A DNA stretch of 64,000 bases from assembly GCF_009914755.1 (NCBI RefSeq), contig NC_060932.1, one strand, 5' to 3'. Source of the stretch: the human T2T-CHM13v2.0 reference genome, Homo sapiens. The notes under the pieces were generated by a model that ran no database searches, was not told the origin of the DNA, and worked only from the letters and a program-made list of their open reading frames with translations. Positions 55,581 through 64,000 of this stretch are shown here, piece by piece (within the stretch, counting starts at the first letter, position 1; each line of letters starts with the position of its first letter). The position numbers were made by a program, and so were the translations under genes.

Positions 55581-57513
55581 CTGTAAAAGAAAATGTTTTC
55601 CTTAAATAATACTTGTAAGATATTTACTGGAAGAAAAAAGACAAATTTAGGTGTTCATTCATTTGTTCAGTAATTCAGCTTTAGCCTAGCACCCATTTCC
55701 CAGGGTAGGTTTGGGATATTAATAGGATTTAATTAGAATTAGTTTTTCACTTTTTTCGAACACTATTTTTAAGAAATCACTTGGTCCTTTATGAATTCTC
55801 TAGATATTTTTCTGCCTCATTTACTAAAATAAATAAAATAGTTAAATAGTTATTCGGGTTTTTCCAATCAAGATGCTGCTTCTTACGTATCCTTTCTTTT
55901 TATTTTCTTTTCTCTAATATCTTTTGGAGGACTGTGATATGAAAGAAAGATCATCGGACTACAAGGTAAAGGATAAATCTGAGACACAGATTTGCTCTTT
56001 TCTAACTGGGTGACCTTTTGAGCAAGTTATTTCACTTCTCTGGCCTAAGTAAAAATGGGATATTGGATAAGATGTTTCCAGAAATCCCTTACTTCTAAGG
56101 TTCTATGATCTCCACTGGAGATGGGCTAAATTTTCCTACTACTCCCCTGGTCAAAAACCTAAAATGATTCTCTGCAGTCTACTATATCAAACAATAAACT
56201 GCTATACCAGCTCACCACAATTAGTCCTCACCCAGGCCTCTGTCCATGACTTACTTTTAATGTGCTTCCTCTATCTCAGGTATGTGGCACGCGCCATCCT
56301 CTAGCCAGATGTGACACTTTCTCATGCCACTGCTCTCCTAGGTCATGCAGGTATGCCTCTCACTCACTCCAACCAAACCTCGCCCTCCTGGCCTGCAGAG
56401 GTACATCTCCTTGAGACCTCCTCAGACCACCTTGGCCCACCTTGACTTTCTCAGATTCTAAGTGGTAAGCCTCCCTTATTTACTCTTTTATATTATCATG
56501 TTTGCTCAAATTCTCTGAGGGAAAAGAACCAAGTCTTATGCTTCTTTCTATTGGGTCTTCTGCTTCTTTCTATTGGGTCTTCTGCATCATCTACTGCTAT
56601 ATAAAATTGAAGATTTAATAAACACCTGCTTGAAAAAATATATAATCGTGTAACACAAGAACTATAGATGTTAAAAGGTAAGTTCTTACACGTTGCCCAA
56701 GATGTTTATCATAGATAGCTCATGTATTATTTAACGATTTCAAAAGATGCATTTGTTGCTCCCATCTAGGTCCAAAAGTATAATATCTGCTATTAGTGTA
56801 AATTAGCAATGATACAAAGGATCATCTCCCTCTTATTCTACAGCACATAACTTCTAGCTAGCTTCAAATTCCAAGAAGTTATTTGAATTTCAAATGAGCA
56901 TTGCAACCACAAAGAACCCTTTTCAGAATGCAAAATGTCTTTGAAGTTTTAGAGCTTTATTATATGTGATTTTTGTAGCAATAAGACACCAAATTCCAGC
57001 CTGACTCAAGTATAGCATGAAATTTAGTATTTAGAAATGAAATTTAGTATTTTTTAAATGAAGTAAAAAGTGGAAAACTCATTATATAGTTGATATATAA
57101 TATCCATATTCTTTAATCAGTTAAGAATTTTCTTTTCCTAATAGAGGCACTTGGTAATAATTTTGATCACTATCCCTCATGGGGAAACAATTGAGGCACA
57201 ATGCAATGTACTATTTCCATGCTTGCTATTTACATCTAATGTACTTGGCATTAATCAGGAAAATGAAGACTGAGAAAAAAATTTGGCCATGAATGGATAT
57301 TTATTAACATCTCCCATAATTATAAAAGTACATTGTTGAATAGAAATAACTTACTTTAAAATTCTTTAAGTCATTCACTGAGCAGTTTAAATGGCTTCAG
57401 GCTGGGTATTCAAAAATTGGTGGCAGGATTTGGCAATAATTTCTTGGATATGACACCAAAGCATAGGCATTGAAAAAAATAGATAAATTGTACTTCATCA
57501 AGATTAAAAACTT

Positions 57514-57815
57514 ATTTTTTTTTTTTGAGACAGAATCTCGCTCTGTCACCCAGGCCAGAGTGCAGTGGCATGACCTCGGCTCACTGCAGTCTCTGCCTCC
57601 TAGAGGTAGAGGTTCAAGCGATTCTCGTGCCTCAGCCTCCCCAGTAGCTGGAACCACAGGCGTGCACCACCACACCCAGCAAATTTTTGTATTTTTAGTA
57701 GAGACGGCATTTCACCATGTTGGTCAGGCTGGTCTCGAATTCCTGACTTCAAGTGATCTGCCTGCCTCAGCTCCCAAAGTGCTGGGATTACAGGCATGAG
57801 CCACCATGCCTGGCT
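57514..57815 (-). mobile_element. AluS element nested in L1
   Basis: Antisense dimer; TSD-like agattaa(a/c)aactt. Confidence 0.9.
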
Positions 57816-58509
57816 GAGATTAACAACTTTTTGCATCAACACACACTATCAACAGAGTGAAAGGCAACCCATGGAATGAGAGAAAATATTTGCAAATCAT
57901 ATATCTGGATTGAGATCCAGAATATTTAAAGAATGCCTACAATTCAACAACAAAAACATCCTGATTAAAAAATGGGCAAAGGACTTGAATAGCTGTTTCT
58001 CCAAGAAGACACACAAATGGCCAATAAACACATGAAAAGATTCTCAGCATCACTAATCATTAGGAAAATGCAAATCAAAACCACAGTGAGTCACTACTTC
58101 ACATCCAGTAGGATGGCTATAATTAAAAAAAAAAAAGAGAAAAGAAGTGTTAGCAAAGATGGGGAGAAACTGGAACACTTGTGCATTGCTGGTGGGAATG
58201 TAAAATGCTGCAGCCACTGTGGAAAATGGCGTGGAGATTCCTCAAAATTAAACACAGGATTACCATATGGTCTAGCAATTCCACTTTTTGGTACATATCC
58301 AAAAGAACTCAAAACAGGGATTTGAACAGATATTTGTACACTTATATTCAATAATAGCAGCATTATTCATAATAGCCAAAAGGTGGAAAAAACCTGTGTC
58401 CCTCAATGGATGAATGCATAAACAACATAGAGTACATATATATAATGGAATATTATTCAGCCTTAAAAAGGAAGGAAATTTCAATATACACTACAACATG
58501 GATGAACCT

Positions 58510-59558
58510 TATAAACCAAAAATAAAATTCTAAGCCCCTCAACTGACTGGTGGACCCTCCCCTAGGCCAAAGGCATTCCAAAGTTAACCTGAAAAACTAA
58601 TTTAGGCCATGATGGGAAGTGGGGGTTGGGACATACCTCATTATACCCTCCTTCCTTTAGAATTAGGGCACAGCTGACCAGCATTAACATTAAAACAAAG
58701 ATCTGAAGACTGACAAAACAGACTTTTTATAGCAATAAGACACCAAATTCCAGCCTGACTCTAGTATAGCATCACATGACAGATAGCAGGCCCTGAAAGG
58801 AATCAAAGTATTTTACCCCTATATATTTTTTTCTTTCTTTCTTCTCTGTCACCAGGCTGGAATACAGTGGCATGATCTCAGCGGCTAATTTTTGTATTTT
58901 TAGTAGAGACAGGGTTTCACCATGTTGGCCAGGATGGTCTCGATCTCTTGACCTCATGATCTGCCCGCCTTGACCTACCTAAGTGCCGGGATTACGGGTG
59001 TGAGCCACCACACCCGGCCTATTTCTTTGACATATTTTGAAATGGCCCTGCAAAGCTGTCTCTTATGGGGAAAATCAATGTTCTGTAGAGAATCTCCATC
59101 CTTTTCCAGGTCTTTTCCCTGATCCAGGAGAGAATTTACTAAGACTCAGGCACCTTTTTAGGTCTGATGAGAGCTCTGAAGCCTGCTACCCAGAGGCTTC
59201 ATCTGCATAATAGAACCATGGTCTCCACAACCCAGATATTCCCCTTCTATTGATTCCAGGTCTTTAGATAATAACTCTTTCAACCAATTGCCAATCAGAA
59301 AAGCTTGAATTCACCCATGACCTGGAAGCCCCCACTTCCAGTTGTTCCGCCTTTCTAGACGGAACCAATGCACATCTTATGTGTATTGATTGATGTCTTA
59401 TATCTCCCTAAAATGTATAAAACCAAACTGTGGCCTGACCACTTGGGCACATGTTCTCATAATCTCCTGGAGCTGTGCCATAGGCCATTGGTCACTCATA
59501 TTTGGCTCAGAATAAATCTCCTCAAATATTTTACAGAGTTTGACTACTTTTGTCTACA
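58510..59558 (+). mobile_element. MER4-family ERV1 solo LTR containing an internally deleted antisense Alu (about 58826-59019)
   Basis: 4-bp TSD acct (58506-58509, 59559-59562); removing the LTR restores L1 atggatgaacct|tgaagac; tataaa and aataaa present. Confidence 0.82.
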
Positions 59559-59961
59559 ACCTTGAAGACATAATGCTAAGTGAAATCAGCCAATCACAAA
59601 AGAACAAATCTTGTGTGATTCCACTTACATGAGGTATCTCAGATAGTCAAATTCATGAAGATAGAAAGTAGAATGGTGGTTGCCAGAGTTGGGGGAGGGA
59701 AGAATGGGGAGTTTGTGTTTAATGGGTATAAAGCTGGGATAGATGAAAAAATTCTGGAGGTGGATATGATGACAGCTGTACATCAATGACAATGTGCTTA
59801 GTGCCACAGAAGTGTACACTTACAAATGGCAAAATTTTATATTACTTATATTTTATAACAATACAAAATTGGTGGTGAAGTAAGTCAGAGTGTGCTTTGA
59901 CTTGGAGAAGTAAGGAAAAACTCACCTGCTGCAGAATAGCTCCCTGGCCCAGGGTCAACAG

Positions 59962-60394
59962 TGTTAAAGCCAACTAAATATGGCCTGAGAAGGACTCCGT
60001 ACTTCTACATTTGAGTCCTTGTGGATGAACTGTAACCCAACTTAGTGGGTAACAAGACTGAAACCCGAACTTAGGAGTATGTGCCTGTAAAAATAGGTGA
60101 GTCTTGGCCAATACCAGAAGCCATACTTCAACCAGTCATATGCTTCTGAGTGTTCAAACTGTGTTCAAATAAGGTAAATGACAATCTGTAACCAATTCAG
60201 CTATTTCTCTATCTCACCTCTGATTTCTATATGCCACTTCCCTTTTTTTTTGTCTATAAATTTGTTCTGACCACAAGGCATCCCTGGAGATTCTTTGAAT
60301 CTGCTGTGATTCTGGGGGCTGCCCGACTCCTGAATCATTCGTTACTTAATTAAGCGCCTTTAAATTCAATTCAGCTGAAGTTTTTCTTTTAACA
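59962..60394 (+). mobile_element. ERV1 solo LTR (MER57-like)
   Basis: tgttaaag...ttttaaca inverted termini, ccaat boxes and tctataaa. Confidence 0.72.
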
Positions 60395-60487
60395 GTCTGC
60401 GTATTAAAAAAAATGGTGGCAGGATTTGGCAATAATTTCTTGGCTATGACACCAAATACACAGGCCACAAAATAAAAAAATACATAA

Positions 60488-60832
<345 letters not shown>

Positions 60833-60952
60833 TCCTTTAAATATTCTTCTCACAGGTTTATTTTTGCCCAAAGCAGGTATTCCTGGAAAGGTATAAACTA
60901 TTACATTATTAATATCTTAATGTATCAGACAAGTTATTTGAAAGTAATCAGA

Positions 60953-61470
60953 GTATGGCAGATTGCAAAAATGGACACAATTCCTTACTCCTCCCTATAT
61001 CCGTGCCCTTGGCCAGGTAGTCTTGTACCTCCACCTGTTAGGAAAAACAGTCTATTTCCCTATCCCTTGAATTCAGGCTACAAATGCAGCGAAAGTACGC
61101 TAGTTCCAAGACTAGGCCTCAAAAAGTATTGCACGCCTCTGGTTATGAAATATTTTGAGAACAAGCCCAGGCTAGCCTGCTGGGTGATGACAGATGGGGA
61201 CACACACAACCCTGCTGTGCTTGTGTCTATGGCCTTAATCAATAGTCAATGTCCAACCCCAGAGGGGGGCCATCCCTAGAGCACCCAGCCCCCAGCTGAC
61301 ATACCAGCTGGCTGCAGAGGCATGAATGAACCCAGGTGGACTCAGCCAAGTCTGACCCATATCAATGAACCCCCAGCTGACGAATTGATTCCAAAGCACT
61401 CATTGATGGTTGTAATTTTAAACCACAAAACTTTAGGATGATTTATTACACAACAAGAAATAATAGACTA
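60953..61470 (+). mobile_element. MLT1-family MaLR LTR (decayed)
   Basis: tggcagattgcaaaaatgg start and ttaaaccacaaaactttaggatgatttattacacaaca end resemble MLT1. Confidence 0.6.
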
Positions 61471-61733
61471 AGGTTGACTAAGAAGGTGAGAGAGTGGAGT
61501 GCGGATACTGTGGATCACTTACAGTGAGAAGAAGGGGGTACAAAAAAAGGTGAGATATTTTGCTGAGGGTTACCATGGCATAGAGGCAGCAAGCTATTGT
61601 AAAAGTCAGACCAAAAGGCGCTGTTCCAAAAGTCAGGAGACCTGTCCCTGACAGGTATTCACTATAAGTGACCCCTGCAAAGCCATTATCTTCTTTGACT
61701 CTCAGTTTTCTCAATTGTAAGATGAAAACAATA

Positions 61734-62628
61734 CCAAGATGGCCGAATAGGAACAGCTCCGGTCTACAGCTCCCAGTGTGAGCGACGCAGAAGACGGTGA
61801 TTTCTGCATTTCCATCTGAGGTACCGGGTTCATCTCACTAGGGAGTGCCAGACAGTGGGCGCAGCTCAGTGGGTGCGCGCACCGTGTGCGAGCCGAAGCA
61901 GGGCGAGGCATTGCCTCACTTGGGAAGCGCAAGGGGTCAGGGAGTTCCCTTTCCGAGTCAAAGAAAGGGGTGACGGACGGCACCTGGAAAATCGGGTCAC
62001 TCCAACCCGAATACTGCGCTTTTCCGACGGGCTTAAAAAACGGCGCACCACGAGATTATATCCTGCACCTGGCTCGGAGGGTCCTACGCCCACGGAGTCT
62101 CGCTGATTGCTAGCACAGCAGTCTGAGATCAAACTGCAAGGCGGCAGCGAGGCTGGGGGAGGGGTGCCCGCCATTGCCCAGGCTTGATTAGGTAAACAAA
62201 GCAGCCGGGAAGCTCCAACTGGGCGGAGCCCACCACAGCACAAGGATGCCTGCCTGCCTCTGTAGGCTCCACCTATGGGGGCAGGGCACAGACAAACAAA
62301 AAGACAGCAGTAACCTCTGCAGACTTAAATGTCCCTGTCTGACAGCTTTGAAGAGAGCAGTGGTTCTCCCAGCACGCAGCTGGAGATCTGAGAACGGGCA
62401 GACTGCCTCCTCAAGTGGGTCCCTGACCCCTGACCCCTGAGCAGCCTAACTGGGAGGCACCCACCAGCAGGGCACACTGACACCTCACACGGCAGGGTAT
62501 TCCAACAGACCTGCAGCTGAGGGTCCTGTCTGTTAGAAGGAAAACTAACAAACAGAAAGGACATCCACACCAAAAACCCATCTGTACATCACCATCATCA
62601 GAGACCAAAAGTAGATAAAACCACAAAG
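61734..62628. promoter_or_regulatory. L1 5'UTR bidirectional promoter (sense promoter with YY1 site; antisense promoter facing NIPAL2 exon 2)
   Basis: YY1 motif aagatggcc at 61736-61744 and retained CpGs; the antisense promoter is an established property of primate L1 5'UTRs, but activity of this copy is not shown. Confidence 0.7.
61866..62174 (-). CDS. L1 ORF0 homologue, extended to 102 aa
   Basis: ATG at 62174 begins MAGTPPPASLPPCSLISDCCASNQRDSVGVGPSEPG..., the ORF0 N-terminus; open to the stop at 61866. Confidence 0.7.
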   Translation of the reverse strand: MAGTPPPASLPPCSLISDCCASNQRDSVGVGPSEPGAGYNLVVRRFLSPSEKRSIRVGVTRFSRCRPSPLSLTRKGNSLTPCASQVRQCLALLRLAHGARTH

Positions 62629-63645
62629 ATGGGGAAAAAACAGAACAGAAAAACTGGAAACTCTAAAAAGCAGAGTGCCTCTCCTCCTCCAAAGGAACGC
62701 AGTTCCTCACCAGCAACGGAACAAAGCTGGATGGAGAATGACTTTGACGAGCTGAGAGAAGAAGGCTTCAGACGATCAAATTACTCTGAGCTACGGGAGG
62801 ACATTCAAACCAAAGGCAAAGAAGTTGAAAACTTTGAAAAAAATTTAGAAGAATGTATAACTAGAATAACCAATACAGAGAAGTGCTTAAAGGAGCTGAT
62901 GGAGCTGAAAACCAAGGCTCGAGAACTACGTGAAGAATGCAGAAGCCTCAGGAGCCGATGCGATCAACTGGAAGAAAGGGTATCAGCAATGGAAGATGAA
63001 ATGAATGAAATGAAGCGAGAAGGGAAGTTTAGAGAAAAAAGAATAAAAAGAAATGAGCAAAGCCTCCAAGAAATATGGGACTATGTGAAAAGACCAAATC
63101 TACGTCTGATTGGTGTACCTGAAAGTGATGGGGAGAATGGAACCAAGTTGGAAAACACTCTGCAGGATATTATCCAGGAGAACTTCCCCAACCTAGCAAG
63201 GCAGGCCAACGTTCAGATTCAGGAAATACAGAGAACACCACAAAGATACTCCTCGAGAAGAGCAACTCCAAGAAACATAATTGTCAGATTCACCAAAGTT
63301 GAAATGAAGGAAAAAATGTTAAGGGCAGCCAGAGAGAAAGGTCGGGTTACCCTCAAAGGGAAGCCCATCAGACTAACAGCGGATCTCTCGGCAGAAACCC
63401 TACAAGCCAGAAGAGAGTGGGGGCCAATATTCAACATTCTTAAAGAAAAGAATTTTCAACCCAGAATTTCATATCCAGCCAAACTAAGCTTCATAAGCGA
63501 AGGAGAAATAAAATACTTTACAGACAAGCAAATGCTGAGAGATTTTGTCACCACCAGGCCTGCCCTAAAAGAGCTCCTGAAGGAAGCGCTAAACATGGAA
63601 AGGAACAACCGGTACCAGCCGCTGCAAAATCATGCCAAAATGTAA
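62629..63645 (+). CDS. LINE-1 ORF1p (338 aa, intact)
   Basis: MGKKQNRKTGNSK...REKG...ARREW...YPAKLS...NHAKM; full length with no stops. Confidence 0.97.
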   Translation: MGKKQNRKTGNSKKQSASPPPKERSSSPATEQSWMENDFDELREEGFRRSNYSELREDIQTKGKEVENFEKNLEECITRITNTEKCLKELMELKTKARELREECRSLRSRCDQLEERVSAMEDEMNEMKREGKFREKRIKRNEQSLQEIWDYVKRPNLRLIGVPESDGENGTKLENTLQDIIQENFPNLARQANVQIQEIQRTPQRYSSRRATPRNIIVRFTKVEMKEKMLRAAREKGRVTLKGKPIRLTADLSAETLQARREWGPIFNILKEKNFQPRISYPAKLSFISEGEIKYFTDKQMLRDFVTTRPALKELLKEALNMERNNRYQPLQNHAKM

Positions 63646-63708
63646 AGACCATCAAGACTAGGAAGAAACTGCATCAACTAACGAGCAAAATAACCAGCTA
63701 ACATCATA

Positions 63709-64000
63709 ACGACAGGATCAAATTCACACATAACAGTATTAACTTTAAATGTAAATGGACTAAATGCTCCAATTAAAAGACACAGACTGGCAAATTGGAT
63801 AAAGAGTCAAGACCCATCAGTGTGCTGTATTCAGGAAACCCATCTCACGTGCAGAGACACACATAGGCTCAAAATAAAAGGATGGAGGAAGATCTACCAA
63901 GCAAATGGAAAACAAAAAAAGGCAGGGGGTGCAATCCTAGTCTCTGATAAAACAGACATTAAACCAACAAAGATCAAAAGAGACAAAGAAGGCCATTACA
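63709..64000 (+). CDS. LINE-1 ORF2p endonuclease N-terminus (partial; start codon is ACG)
   Basis: Reads (T)TGSNSHITVLTLNVNGLNAPIKRHRL...CIQETH...KEGHY with no stop to the window end. Confidence 0.85.

Larger units (their letters stand above)
57426..59864 (+). mobile_element. L1MB-like 3' fragment with nested Alu and LTR; TSD aaaattggtgg
   Basis: ORF2 C-terminal remnant (ORF 58017..58325) and L1 3'UTR; direct repeat at 57413 and 59865. Confidence 0.85.
61734..64000 (+). mobile_element. Young L1 (L1PA2-like): 5'UTR, ORF1 and start of ORF2, running off the window; antisense to NIPAL2
   Basis: ccaagatggccgaatag 5' end, CpG-rich UTR, intact 338-aa ORF1, 63-nt spacer; ORF1 residues SKKQ and DGENG differ from L1HS as I recall it. 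Confidence 0.96.

Noticed and set aside
56539-56585. Perfect 22-bp tandem duplication (also a 12-bp pair near 30158 and a ~40-bp pair near 43490-43565)
   Set aside because: Ordinary slippage duplications with no further structure.
62411-62626. 71-aa antisense ORF in the L1 5'UTR, the same length as canonical ORF0
   Set aside because: Wrong position and sequence; the ORF0 homologue starts at 62174 (MAGTPPP...).

Overview
Human/great-ape genomic DNA covering the middle of NIPAL2 (NIPA-like Mg2+ transporter family) on the minus strand. Seven internal coding exons (numbered 2-8 from my recollection of the protein) have canonical GT-AG sites and join into one open frame; exon 1 lies beyond the right edge and the last exons beyond the left. 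The introns hold typical primate repeats (Alu, L1, L2, MIR, LTRs, Tigger1, MER44, MADE1), a U2 snRNA retrocopy and a G-rich 40-bp minisatellite. No prokaryote-type system is present and I cannot claim a new biological system. The best leads are: (1) a young L1PA2-like element antisense in intron 1, whose lengthened ORF0 has a splice donor in frame with NIPAL2 exon 2 and whose ORF2 starts with ACG; (2) an L1 with both a 5' inversion and a 3' transduction; (3) a tail-less, 3'-truncated L1 bounded by a TSD resembling internal L1 sequence; (4) six local templated duplications, including a ~300-bp inverted copy and one inside a MADE1. Repeat subfamily names, most repeat boundaries and percent identities were judged by eye and are approximate; exon and TSD coordinates were counted.
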